From contig JBEGVH010000031.1 of NCBI GenBank assembly GCA_041178425.1, positions 1-64,000 of the forward strand: 64,000 nucleotides of DNA. The letters run 5' to 3'. Source of the stretch: Pseudomonadota bacterium. GTDB lineage: Bacteria; Bdellovibrionota; Bdellovibrionia; Bdellovibrionales; Bdellovibrionaceae. Both the position numbers and the translations under genes were made by a program. Positions 1-9,799 of this stretch are shown here, in pieces (positions within the stretch are counted from its first letter, which is position 1; every line of letters starts with the position of its first letter). Under the pieces are notes generated by a model that had not been told where the DNA came from, ran no database searches, and saw nothing but the letters and a program-made list of their open reading frames with translations.

Positions 1-2
1 TG

Positions 3-1082
3 GTCGGTGGATGTGTCCGTGATTTATTGGCCGGCATCCACCCGAAGGACTACGATATTGCCACCTCTGCTCACCCTGAACAAGTGAGAAAAATAATCCG
101 TGGGTCTTATATCATCGGTAAACGGTTTCAGCTGGTTTTGGTTAAAAGGGGTCTCCATCAATTCGAAGTGGCCACATTCAGAAGAAACGCGTTGCCCGAA
201 GAAATTGAAGCGAGCGAGCGATCTTTCGCTGATAATTTTTTCGGTACCCCTGAAGAGGACGCCCAAAGACGAGACTTTACGATCAACGGTCTTTTTTATG
301 ATCCCATTCGTGACGAATTGATTGATTACGTCGGCGGCCGCCAAGACATTGAAGCTGGTCTCATTCGAATGATCGGCGATCCGGATTACCGCCTAAAAGA
401 AGACCCCATTCGAATTCTTCGAGCTATTCGACTATCACATAAACTACGCTTTAGTATCGAAGAAACTCTACGTTCTGCCATAGAGAAAAACTCCCAAGAG
501 CTAGTCCGATCCATCTTACCACGAAAAAGAGAAGAATACTTCAAGCTTCTGCGCCTATCAGATCCAAGCTTAGTTTTTCAAGAGCTTTATGACTTGAAGA
601 TACTCCCTCATATTTTACCAACCTTGGCTAATCTTTGGGAAAAATCTGATAACGCTAATATTTTTAATCATTTTCTGGCTCGCACGAATGAGATCTCGAG
701 AGACCCCTCTAGCACAACACAATTGATGATTCCGATGATGTTGGCGTTTATAGAGGTGCTGAATCTCAATAAAGAGACCCAAGACAATCAGTGGGACCTC
801 GTTGATGAGCTCCTTAAAAATGAATGGGGAGTTTTCAAAACGGAGCAACAAACTCTTTATGATGCTGTCTCCTTGTTGGAACAAATGCAGCACATCGAAA
901 GTCTTCTTAGAAAAGGTCATCGACGCCAAAGAAACTTTTTTGGCCGGGAAAATGTACACCTGGCTCTGATGATGGCTAAGGCCAATTATCTTTTTTCTGG
1001 AGATCAGTGGCTGAAAATTACGGCGCTACTCAAACAATTTCATTCAGCTAATCGCGAAACTGAATCAAAAATCAAAGATTAG
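3..1082 (+). CDS. pcnB: Poly(A) polymerase I (5'-truncated by window edge)
   Basis: The frame is open from base 3 (VGGCVRDLL..PKDYDIAT). It has RRDFTING and EDPIRILRA motifs, and the PAP-type signature IIGKRFQLVLV that separates PAP from CCA-adding enzymes. Confidence 0.8.
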   Translation, partial: VGGCVRDLLAGIHPKDYDIATSAHPEQVRKIIRGSYIIGKRFQLVLVKRGLHQFEVATFRRNALPEEIEASERSFADNFFGTPEEDAQRRDFTINGLFYDPIRDELIDYVGGRQDIEAGLIRMIGDPDYRLKEDPIRILRAIRLSHKLRFSIEETLRSAIEKNSQELVRSILPRKREEYFKLLRLSDPSLVFQELYDLKILPHILPTLANLWEKSDNANIFNHFLARTNEISRDPSSTTQLMIPMMLAFIEVLNLNKETQDNQWDLVDELLKNEWGVFKTEQQTLYDAVSLLEQMQHIESLLRKGHRRQRNFFGRENVHLALMMAKANYLFSGDQWLKITALLKQFHSANRETESKIKD

Positions 1083-1096
1083 AACTCTGGTCAGCA

Positions 1097-1294
1097 TCAA
1101 GAGTCCTTAGAATGATCTCTTTTTAGCTGAGCTCGCTGGGAAGATTCAGTCACATCAATCTCATCGTCTTTCATTCCCTTTTTAAACTCTTTGGCGGACA
1201 AGCCCATGGCTCTACCTAGCTCCGGAAGTTTTTTCGCTCCGAAAAATAGCAAGATCACTAACACTATAACTATCAACTCCATGGTTCCAAACAT
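1097..1294 (-). CDS. tatA: Twin-arginine translocase TatA/TatE
   Basis: N-terminal TM, FGAKKLPELGRAMG..KEFKKG motif, GAGGAG Shine-Dalgarno. Confidence 0.93.
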   Translation of the reverse strand: MFGTMELIVIVLVILLFFGAKKLPELGRAMGLSAKEFKKGMKDDEIDVTESSQRAQLKRDHSKDS

Positions 1295-1430
1295 TTGATC
1301 TCCTCATTAGCAATGAAAACGCCAACTTTTTTGGATTTGAAAATCTCAATTTGATACAAATTTGGTGCGTTGCCAAGTGCTTGATCGATTGTTATCGCAA
1401 CTAAATTCAATTTGAGTGAAAATTAAAATA

Positions 1431-1844
1431 ATGACTAAAACCATTACCGTTTTTTCAGGGCGATATCTAGCAGGGCTCTTTGCATGGCTTTTACTAGTTG
1501 GTTGCCAAACAGCTCCAATCGAAGATTTCAACAAGGTCTCCCTTGGCTACGACAAATCGGACGTTCTTGAAATAGTTGGTGGTCCATCTTGGAAAGACCG
1601 ACGTAACGGCATGGATCGCTGGACTTACATCATCTATCAAGATGGTGTGCGACTTGAGAGACAAATACAGTTTTTAGATGGAATAGTGAACTACACCGGT
1701 GAACCCATTAGGCCCTTTATTTCGGCCGAAGAACAAGACGCCCTCAATGCCCAAAAGAACCTAGTGCTCGATCGAATGGAGGCAGCCGCCAGCCCTCCTA
1801 ATAGACCAAAACCGCCAAAACGAGACTCAAGCGGAACTCGGTAG
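1431..1844 (+). CDS. bamE: BamE/SmpA-OmlA family outer-membrane lipoprotein
   Basis: Lipobox LVGC and the G.DKSDVLEIVGGP...RWTY pattern of the SmpA domain. Start is ATG 1431 or GTG 1416. Confidence 0.65.
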   Translation: MTKTITVFSGRYLAGLFAWLLLVGCQTAPIEDFNKVSLGYDKSDVLEIVGGPSWKDRRNGMDRWTYIIYQDGVRLERQIQFLDGIVNYTGEPIRPFISAEEQDALNAQKNLVLDRMEAAASPPNRPKPPKRDSSGTR

Positions 1845-1847
1845 AGA

Positions 1848-2528
1848 CTATTTTTTTAGAATTAATGATCGCGAAAAATCTTCTGGATTTTGAAGAATTT
1901 CTCCGTCTTTCTGGTGATCTTTTTCAGAGGCCGGCCCCCTCTCCATTTTCACTCGCTCAGATTCGGGCCTAATATTTTTTTTGTATTGAGATTCCACTAA
2001 AATCAATAGATTGTCGACTTCGCGTTCAATGAGAGCTTCTGCACCTATTTCTTCAATCTTTTGAACTTTTTCTTTTTCAGAAGTTTTAACGAAGGTTCGC
2101 TCAGGAAATCGATAGCGAAGGATAGTTTGTTTTTTATCAATGTTTTCGTATAACTCAGAAATTTCTTTATAAACTTTTTCTATTTTCTTTTCTGTCTCTT
2201 GAAAAACAACAGGATTTTTGGTCACTTCTTTTTCAAGAATTAGTTTTTTTAGTTCATCTTTTTTGATTTTGATCTTTGCATTGAACTGCTCAATGGCTGA
2301 TTTCACCTCGAGGTACTCATCTTTTTTAATGAACCCCCCACCGCCACCATGATCTCCGCCCTCTTTTTCTGAGCCTCCACCGTGATCTCCGCCGCCACCG
2401 CCGTGATCCTCGGCTATGGAGCTCAATGGAAAAGACACAATGGCCACGAAGATTGCTATGATGATCTCCAAAAAAAGAAGCGAAGGATTTGGTCGTCTAG
2501 ATTTTAGATTCGGAATCACTCTCAACAT
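1848..2528 (-). CDS. Hypothetical exported coiled-coil protein with DH-G repeats
   Basis: Hydrophobic N-terminal segment, DHGGGGGDHGGG..DHGGGGG, Lys/Glu-rich helical body; overlaps the upstream gene. Confidence 0.7.
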   Translation of the reverse strand: MLRVIPNLKSRRPNPSLLFLEIIIAIFVAIVSFPLSSIAEDHGGGGGDHGGGSEKEGGDHGGGGGFIKKDEYLEVKSAIEQFNAKIKIKKDELKKLILEKEVTKNPVVFQETEKKIEKVYKEISELYENIDKKQTILRYRFPERTFVKTSEKEKVQKIEEIGAEALIEREVDNLLILVESQYKKNIRPESERVKMERGPASEKDHQKDGEILQNPEDFSRSLILKK

Positions 2529-3219
2529 ACACTTCCCATTTTAACTCAATAGGCTGTGCTTTCAAAGAGTTGATTATATAACTAGCTTTTATTGCATTTA
2601 GTCCGCTGATAGTAACCTGGCCATCCGATATCGAATCTGATACTTCGTCATTAACTAGGCCTAGTCTATGATCTAGTAGGGCCGCAAGAATACTCTTGCG
2701 GAGGTCAGAAGAGTCTATGCCAGCTATATTAATTCGATACATTGTCGTACCTAGATCTCCCATTTTGGGGGGAGACCCTGCGGAGAATTGTGTATCTGGG
2801 TTGGCTTGAGAAAAATCTTGTTCCCAAGGGGCCGGCGTTTCGAGCTCCTGCGATTGAGAATCAAAAGAATAACTCTGTTGTTTGGCCAATTCTTCTGAAT
2901 CGGAACTAAAAGGACGATCTCCACTGGAACCATCGTTATCTGAATTGGTCGCACCCTCAGTAAACGCTGACTCCGGTTCAGAAGGTTCTCCCGCGGAGAA
3001 ACCCTGCTCCCCCTCCGGTACCTGAATTTGCGAGTAGGAGTCTTGGGGTAACTCAATGTCTACCAAAGACTCTTCACGAGATTCTTCTTCGCTTCCGCCC
3101 ACAATGATATTTCCAGAAAAATCAACAAAGAGGACTGTTTGGCAATGAAGACATTGAATCATTCCAAAGGTGGCATCAATCCGGTTACTACAAACGGGAC
3201 AATGCCACTGTTGACTCAT
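2497..3219 (-). CDS. Hypothetical protein: N-terminal Zn-ribbon, acidic linker, small C-terminal domain
   Basis: CPVC-x14-CLHC at the N-terminus; ATGA overlap with the secA stop. Confidence 0.75.
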   Translation of the reverse strand: MSQQWHCPVCSNRIDATFGMIQCLHCQTVLFVDFSGNIIVGGSEEESREESLVDIELPQDSYSQIQVPEGEQGFSAGEPSEPESAFTEGATNSDNDGSSGDRPFSSDSEELAKQQSYSFDSQSQELETPAPWEQDFSQANPDTQFSAGSPPKMGDLGTTMYRINIAGIDSSDLRKSILAALLDHRLGLVNDEVSDSISDGQVTISGLNAIKASYIINSLKAQPIELKWEVYVESDSESKI

Positions 3220-5885
3220 TTCTTTTTATCCTGACGGCGCCGCTCTGCCCTGTTCATCCTTTGGTCGTCTTGCGAAGATGTAGGCTGCCAGGTCATCTTC
3301 TTTTTTTCTGGCTTTGAAGTCTGACTCTCCGGCGCCACGCTCATAGTTGCACCGATGGATTGCTCAGAGGGGGCTTCATAAACAAGGTCTGATTGATCCT
3401 GTTCTCCCAACATTAAATCCTGAAACTCACCTTCTGATGGTTGCTCCATCACCATTTGAATCTTCATCAGTTTCTCAATGGTCTCAGATTGAATAACGGA
3501 ATTAAGGTTTTCAAAAGCTGCAAAAGCTTCCTTTTTGTACTCAATGAGAGGGTCCTTTTGTGCATAACCACGGAGCCCGATGCCCTCTTTGAGGTGATCA
3601 ATTAAAGCAAGATGTTCTTTCCATCTCTGATCAATAGTCTGCAATAATACCATTTTTTGAACTTCAACAAAGAAAGGTCCCATCGTTTCTTTTTGTTTTT
3701 CAAAAACTTGCTTTACCCTTTGTCCCACTTGTTCGTTGACCTTCGCTACGGTTAGGTCACTACCCAGATCAAGAGTAAATCCAAATTGGTGTTGGAGAGC
3801 AACGTTGAGGCCCTTGATATCCCAATGCTCTGCACGTGCTGACTCAGGCACATGCGCATCTAATATCACTGAGGTTACATCTCCGAGCATATCGAGAACC
3901 GTTCGCTCGAGATCTACTCCCTCTAAGATATTTTTGCGAAGAGCATAAATAGCCTGCCGCTGCTGATTCATAACGTTATCATAATCAAGAAGATGCTTAC
4001 GAATATCGAAGTTGTGCGCCTCGACTTTTCTCTGTGCCCCCTCAATGGCTCTCGTTACCATTCCCGCGGTAATTGGCTCATCTTCGGGAACATTTAAGGT
4101 ATCCATAATTTTTTGAATACGCTCACCATTGAAAATGCGCATGAGGTTGTCTTCAAGAGAAAGATAAAAACGAGATTCTCCTGGATCACCCTGGCGACCG
4201 GCACGTCCACGTAATTGATTATCAATACGTCGAGATTCGTGCCTTTCAGTTCCGATAATATAAAGTCCGCCGGCCTCAAGAACTTCTTTTTTCTCAGCCT
4301 CACAAACATCCTTAAATTTTACTAACGCTTTTTGAAACTCTTCGCTGACGTCATCGGAAATAATTTGTCGAGTCATTACCTCTGCATTACCCCCCAGAAG
4401 AATATCCGTCCCTCGACCCGCCATATTGGTGGCAATAGTAACCGCCCCTTTGCGTCCGGCCTGTGCAATAATATCTGCCTCTCTTGAGTGGTGCTTGGCA
4501 TTGAGGACTTCGTGAGGAACTCCCTCTTTACGTAGAGCCTGACTCAAAGCTTCTGAACGTTCGATGCTGACAGTACCAACGAGAACAGGTTGACCCTTCT
4601 TCCGTCGTTCCTTGATGTCTTCTGTTATCGCTTTAAATTTTGCTTTTTGAGTTTTGTAAACAACATCATCAAGATCTTGCCGGTGAATACCCTTATTCGT
4701 TGGAATGACCGAAACTTCAAGATTATAGATTTTATGAAACTCAACCGCCTCGGTATCTGCTGTTCCCGTCATGCCTGCGATTTTTTTATAAATCTTAAAG
4801 AAGTTCTGAAATGTAATTGTCGCCAAAGTTTGGTTTTCATTTTTAACTTTAACGCCCTCTTTAGCTTCAATGGCCTGATGGAGACCATCGCTCCACCGAC
4901 GACCTGGCATCAATCGTCCAGTGAATTCGTCAACGATGACCACCTCTCCATCTTTTATCATGTATTCAACATCGAGGCGATACAGGTAATGGGCTTTTAA
5001 TCCTTGATAAATATGATGAAGAAGTTCTATGTGCCTTGGATCAAAGAGGTTTTCAATTCCCAGCAACTGCTCCACTTTAGAGTTACCTTCTTCAGTTAAA
5101 GAGGCAGTCTTGGTTTTCTCTTCCATCGTAAAATGCTTATCTTTGACCAACTGAGGAATGATCTCATTGACCACATAGTATTTTTCAGTCGACGTTTCCG
5201 CAGGGCCAGAAATAATCAGAGGAGTTCGTGCTTCATCAATGAGAATTGAATCGCACTCATCAATTATCGCAAAGTTGAGTTCACGCTGAACAAAGTCTTT
5301 TAGATCAAACTTCATGTTGTCACGAAGGTAATCAAATCCTAATTCATTGTTAGTCGCATAAGTTATGTCGCAAAGGTAGCTTTGGCGCCGCTGACGATCG
5401 CTAAGATCATGAACAATGATTCCAGTGGTCAGACCTAAAAATCCATAGAGCCTACCCATCCATTCGGCGTCACGACGAGCGAGATAGTCATTCACTGTGA
5501 CAACATGCACACCCTTGCCTGATAGCGCATTGAGGTACACCGGCAAGGTTGCCACGAGGGTCTTACCTTCACCGGTTCGCATTTCAGAAATGCGACCGCG
5601 GTGGAGCATGATCCCTCCAATAAGCTGTACGTCGTAGTGACGCATTCCTAAAACTCGCTTACCAGCCTCTCGACAGACCGCAAAGGCTTCAGGGAGAAGA
5701 TCATCAAGAGTTTCACCCTTTGCTAAACGCTCTCGGAACTCAAGGGTTTTACCCTTTAACTGTTCATCATTAAGAGTCTGCATAGAAGATTCAAAGCCAT
5801 TAATTTTTTCCACCAGGGGAAATAGCGCCTGAATTTCTCGATCATTTTTTGTGCCAAAAATTTTTGCTAATATTCGATTCAACAT
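3216..5885 (-). CDS. secA: Preprotein translocase ATPase SecA
   Basis: [61 protein letters not shown]. Confidence 0.99.
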   Translation of the reverse strand: MLNRILAKIFGTKNDREIQALFPLVEKINGFESSMQTLNDEQLKGKTLEFRERLAKGETLDDLLPEAFAVCREAGKRVLGMRHYDVQLIGGIMLHRGRISEMRTGEGKTLVATLPVYLNALSGKGVHVVTVNDYLARRDAEWMGRLYGFLGLTTGIIVHDLSDRQRRQSYLCDITYATNNELGFDYLRDNMKFDLKDFVQRELNFAIIDECDSILIDEARTPLIISGPAETSTEKYYVVNEIIPQLVKDKHFTMEEKTKTASLTEEGNSKVEQLLGIENLFDPRHIELLHHIYQGLKAHYLYRLDVEYMIKDGEVVIVDEFTGRLMPGRRWSDGLHQAIEAKEGVKVKNENQTLATITFQNFFKIYKKIAGMTGTADTEAVEFHKIYNLEVSVIPTNKGIHRQDLDDVVYKTQKAKFKAITEDIKERRKKGQPVLVGTVSIERSEALSQALRKEGVPHEVLNAKHHSREADIIAQAGRKGAVTIATNMAGRGTDILLGGNAEVMTRQIISDDVSEEFQKALVKFKDVCEAEKKEVLEAGGLYIIGTERHESRRIDNQLRGRAGRQGDPGESRFYLSLEDNLMRIFNGERIQKIMDTLNVPEDEPITAGMVTRAIEGAQRKVEAHNFDIRKHLLDYDNVMNQQRQAIYALRKNILEGVDLERTVLDMLGDVTSVILDAHVPESARAEHWDIKGLNVALQHQFGFTLDLGSDLTVAKVNEQVGQRVKQVFEKQKETMGPFFVEVQKMVLLQTIDQRWKEHLALIDHLKEGIGLRGYAQKDPLIEYKKEAFAAFENLNSVIQSETIEKLMKIQMVMEQPSEGEFQDLMLGEQDQSDLVYEAPSEQSIGATMSVAPESQTSKPEKKKMTWQPTSSQDDQRMNRAERRRQDKKK

Positions 5886-6000
5886 GCCAATACTCTACTA
5901 CCCGTCTTGTGGAGCGGACAAACTAATTTTAAATAAATATCGGATCGAGAATGGTGCATGAGGCTGATAAAGTTTATCAATAAAAGTAATTTTAGAGAAG

Positions 6001-6480
6001 TTACGCCGGGCCCGTTTGCCGCAACCCTTCATAAAGAGCAATCGCCGCTGCTGTAGCCACATTGAGTGAGCGAACGGGACCATATTGTGGAATCTTCACC
6101 AGCTGTGAAGAAAAGCGTTCGAGAATTTCAGGAGACAAGCCTCTCGTCTCTCGGCCAAAAACTAAATAGTCTCCATGCTGGTATTCAATTTCAAAGTAAG
6201 TTTTAGAGGCTTTTGTGCTAAAAAAGAAAACTCTCGTAGGATCCGGAACCGTAGCCAACCAAGACTCAAAGCTGGGATACGTAAACCAACTCAAATGTTG
6301 CCAGTAATCTAAACCTGCTCGCTTTAGGTTCTTATCGGTAATTTCAAAGCCAAATGGCTCAATCAAATGCAACTCTGATCCAGTACCAACACATGTTCGA
6401 CCGATATTACCGGTGTTCTGAGGAATTTCAGGCTCAACAAGAACAATCTTAAAATTTGGACGACTTACTACGGCCGAAAT
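6001..6480 (-). CDS. trmL: tRNA (cytidine/uridine-2'-O)-methyltransferase TrmL (start non-canonical, see findings)
   Basis: The frame extends upstream of the ORF-track start to FKIVLVEPEIPQNTGNIGRTC. Also KRAGLDYW, FGRETRGL, RSLNVA (SPOUT). Confidence 0.9.
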   Translation of the reverse strand: MSAVVSRPNFKIVLVEPEIPQNTGNIGRTCVGTGSELHLIEPFGFEITDKNLKRAGLDYWQHLSWFTYPSFESWLATVPDPTRVFFFSTKASKTYFEIEYQHGDYLVFGRETRGLSPEILERFSSQLVKIPQYGPVRSLNVATAAAIALYEGLRQTGPA

Positions 6481-6492
6481 ACAAGCTCCGAT

Positions 6493-7095
6493 CTACTTGA
6501 GCGCGCGATAAAGCTCTTGACCCAAACGAGACAAAGCCAGTCGACGACCTTTATCAACGATAAGCTCCAAACCCATCAATTCTCGATATAGCACCATGTC
6601 AATGGGTATTATTTCACGCCCGGAGGATGCACCAAGTTTTAGAATATAATTTTTCTGCTTTTCGTTAAGCTTTTCAAACATTGGTGGCTGATCTTTTAAA
6701 GACGACTGCCAATCTCCACCGGGAATCAGCTGGGCGTTGGCTGGAATTTTATCTTTAGGCAAAACATAAACCCACGCGGTCATCAGTTTATCATTCGCAA
6801 GAACATTGGTGGCCTCTCTTAAGTAGAGGCTTTTTTCGTGATCTTGTTGATTAAAGCCAAAAAAAGAATCGAGAAGATGCCAAAGCACTTCGCTAGTCTT
6901 TAATTCAACGAGGTGACCACGAATGAGATCGGAGCCACTCAAAGCCATCGCTGGAATACCAATTTTCAGGCGAAAAATAGAACCATTTGCGACGGCTGGA
7001 GTTGACGAAACGATAAAATCTTTAATTTTATCAAAGTGAACCATGCCCTCAGTCATAGATCCATAAACGAAAAGCAACTGACTGTTCATCCCCAT
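6493..7095 (-). CDS. Gamma-glutamylcyclotransferase (AIG2-like) fold protein with C-terminal HTH-like extension
   Basis: LFVYGSM, I.G.LVE, Y.R...V...AWVY. Start ATG 7095 or 7089. Confidence 0.7.
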   Translation of the reverse strand: MGMNSQLLFVYGSMTEGMVHFDKIKDFIVSSTPAVANGSIFRLKIGIPAMALSGSDLIRGHLVELKTSEVLWHLLDSFFGFNQQDHEKSLYLREATNVLANDKLMTAWVYVLPKDKIPANAQLIPGGDWQSSLKDQPPMFEKLNEKQKNYILKLGASSGREIIPIDMVLYRELMGLELIVDKGRRLALSRLGQELYRALK

Positions 7096-7295
7096 TCCCC
7101 CTAGGTTTCGAACTACCAAAAATGAGGCAAAACTTACTGCGGCCACTTCCCTCAAAGCACCACTTGTTTTGCCTTAGCTTTGCTTTTTAGACGCACTCCT
7201 AATATCAGAGCCTGCCGCCAGGCGCAAGCGTTGGACGCAACCATGACGCCAAACCAAAACTTTTCCAAAAATAAGGTTCAAAAAATTTGGGATGA

Positions 7296-8501
7296 TTACT
7301 GTACAAGAAAATGATTCGTATAAATCCAAGGAATCCAATGGGTTTTTTCCGGGATTGGCAATTCAACCTTTAATCTAACAACAAATCGATAACTTCCCGT
7401 CTGCTCAAGACTGATATCAACATCACGTCCAGGCAAGGTCTGCACAATCTCCCCATCCCTATAAACTATTATCTCTGCTGGACTAGTCACTGGAGGAACT
7501 TCAATATGAAATTTCATTTTGTTTTTTAACCGAACAGTGCTTCCCATGAGGTAAAGCTGGTCATCATCTTGAATCACTACGTTGAATCCTTTTGGATTTC
7601 CCAGAACATCTAGCGAAAAATAAAACTCTCCCTTTCTAAGGGCTTTAAGAATTTTAATTTTATCACTCGTCACGTTTCCGGTCAGTTCTGAGCGCAAGAG
7701 CACGTGCTCTGATCCTAACCTAAATAGAGTTTCATAATTCGGAAATTTTATGACGGAGCCCGTGATTGGAATAGCCTTTGCCGTAGCCTCTAAACCTAAA
7801 TGTCCGGTGACTACCCTCGTTCGATTAAGTGAGCTCCAGAGTTGTATTTCCTCATTCGGCTCCGCGAAAAGACGAATAAAAGCTAGCTGAGGGTTAAAAG
7901 GATAAATGAGAAGACTCCAAAACGATGACAACTGTGAGGTTAAAAAATGTTGCTGCTGTACACGCTTGAAATTAATGACCTCGAGCCCGTCGAGACCTAT
8001 GGGCCACTCTCCCGACCAGCCATACCCCTTCAAATAAGGATGCGCCAAAACAAGCTGCGAATCTCCTCTTGATTCCAAAGGCTGAGAAAGTAAATCTGTC
8101 AGATGCACTTGGATTTCACCGAGTGAGGCGGCCTCTGGAAAGGCATCACTTCGATAATATAAAAGACGCGAGTCAAGATAGCTAAACTTTTTTCCCCTCA
8201 GAACCAATAGATCACCGTGATAGCCTTCCGACTCTTGATGACCATCGATGACATTGTAGTCAGTTATAAAAAGATAATCGAGTTCGGCTTGCTTGGCCTC
8301 TTCAATGACTTCGCGATCAGATCCGCTTCCGAGACTTCGATTGGTAGAGACATTAGTAACTCCTCGATAGTCGAAAAAGGGGTAAGGGTGAGAATGATGT
8401 ATTGCTGAGTGCCCACGATCAACGGCATAGGTAGACACCATAAACCCGTAAATCAGATAAACTATGGCGAGGGAAAGTGTCCCCATATAAATCTTTATCA
8501 T
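7296..8501 (-). CDS. Membrane-anchored PHP-like (phosphoesterase fold) protein, degenerate
   Basis: YRG..,AELDYLFITDYN, VLAHP, DGLEVIN, ILKALRKG..Y and a terminal YTNHF, resembling CehA/McbA-type PHP proteins. Confidence 0.6.
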   Translation of the reverse strand: MIKIYMGTLSLAIVYLIYGFMVSTYAVDRGHSAIHHSHPYPFFDYRGVTNVSTNRSLGSGSDREVIEEAKQAELDYLFITDYNVIDGHQESEGYHGDLLVLRGKKFSYLDSRLLYYRSDAFPEAASLGEIQVHLTDLLSQPLESRGDSQLVLAHPYLKGYGWSGEWPIGLDGLEVINFKRVQQQHFLTSQLSSFWSLLIYPFNPQLAFIRLFAEPNEEIQLWSSLNRTRVVTGHLGLEATAKAIPITGSVIKFPNYETLFRLGSEHVLLRSELTGNVTSDKIKILKALRKGEFYFSLDVLGNPKGFNVVIQDDDQLYLMGSTVRLKNKMKFHIEVPPVTSPAEIIVYRDGEIVQTLPGRDVDISLEQTGSYRFVVRLKVELPIPEKTHWIPWIYTNHFLVQ

Positions 8502-9799
8502 TTATACACCCTCAACAATACCAGATCTTGATCAATATCTTTAATTTTTTCAACTTTGAAGTGGCTGTCTAAAATCCAAGACGGCAGATCAGTTTCTATA
8601 TGTTTCGCCAAATAAAACGAGTTTTCATTGGGTTTAGCCATTGAAAATGAATCAAAAAAATCTCTGCGACTCATACCCCACAACTTATAGGTTGGTTCCT
8701 TCAGTTGAAACCATAAATACGATGCCATTTGATAACTGGAGGCCCTAAACGGCTTATATGTCTTTGCGACTTCTTCAAGAGCCCGATAGCGAAGTGGCTC
8801 GCAAAGCTTCTCTGGACACCCTGGGTACCAGGGCTTGGCCCAATAGATTAGTATTAATCCCAAACTTGCTATCCATACCAATAAAGATGCCCGAGCCTTC
8901 CAACGGCTGTGATCGTAATAAGCGATGAGTGACAAAAGTGGAAGAAACGCAACCTGACTCCAATTAGCCTCCACCTTCGAACGAAAGGAAGTTGCCAAAA
9001 AAAACAATAAAATCGGGGCAGAAAGGAAAATAAGTAATTTCTGTTTGTACTCGAAAATCGATCGCCAAACCGTTTTCCAATAATACGGCAAAATCAGAAG
9101 GAGCACTGAGGCGGCATACTCAAGGGGCCAAATTGGCTTCCAGGCTTTTTTTCCCATTCCGTGATGAAGTTGAAATCGGAAAGAGGCCCATTCGTTCTGG
9201 TAGTTCCAAATGAGCACAGGGCTTGCGCCAACTATTGCAAACGCTATGGCCATGGGAACAATACTCCAACGAACTCTTCTCCATTCTCCCGAGAAAATCA
9301 AATAGAGCACAAGTCCCGGAAGAATTAAAACAATGTGATACTTTGAGGTAAATCCAAGTCCAAGGCTCACTCCAAAGGCAGAATAATAAATCGCCTTTCC
9401 AGTTCTGAGGGCTCGTTCAAAAAAATATAGACTGAACGCTAAAAAGAAAAGTAGCGGCAAATCAGGAGTTAGAACCATCCCAGCAAGACCAACCAGGGGA
9501 GCCATCACCGCCAGCAAAAACCACACTTTCACTTGGTCTCGATTAAATCCGATGTTGCTTAGGAATAAACACCAGACAAGTAGAGCCGAATGACCCATTA
9601 AGACCGCCGGCCATTTAATCAGCGGTGCTGGCAAAAAAGTTCCTAGCTTAAAGAGCCAAGCAGCAAAAGCCGGGTGGTCGTAATAAGACAACTGAAGATT
9701 TTGTGACCAGACCCAATAGTAATTTTCATCGGCCGTTAGTGGGACCCATGAAGCAAGTCCCAACTTAAGAAATAAAAAATAAAACCACCAGCGAATCAT
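8498..9799 (-). CDS. GT-C membrane glycosyltransferase (GT39/ArnT, PMT_2-like)
   Basis: DENYYWVWSQNLQLSYYDHP, TPDLPL, GFTSKY, P.LIWN..N.W.SF.FQ, many TM segments. Confidence 0.85.
   Translation of the reverse strand: MIRWWFYFLFLKLGLASWVPLTADENYYWVWSQNLQLSYYDHPAFAAWLFKLGTFLPAPLIKWPAVLMGHSALLVWCLFLSNIGFNRDQVKVWFLLAVMAPLVGLAGMVLTPDLPLLFFLAFSLYFFERALRTGKAIYYSAFGVSLGLGFTSKYHIVLILPGLVLYLIFSGEWRRVRWSIVPMAIAFAIVGASPVLIWNYQNEWASFRFQLHHGMGKKAWKPIWPLEYAASVLLLILPYYWKTVWRSIFEYKQKLLIFLSAPILLFFLATSFRSKVEANWSQVAFLPLLSLIAYYDHSRWKARASLLVWIASLGLILIYWAKPWYPGCPEKLCEPLRYRALEEVAKTYKPFRASSYQMASYLWFQLKEPTYKLWGMSRRDFFDSFSMAKPNENSFYLAKHIETDLPSWILDSHFKVEKIKDIDQDLVLLRVYK

Noticed and set aside
1343..1357. Degenerate palindrome ATCTCA-N3-TGATAC, with loose look-alikes near 21625 and 51605
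   Set aside because: Instances differ too much to define a motif from one window
7200..7260. GGACGCAA segment reminiscent of a c-di-GMP-I riboswitch
   Set aside because: Lacks the GGCAAA-P2-GAAA architecture and lies antisense to the flanking genes
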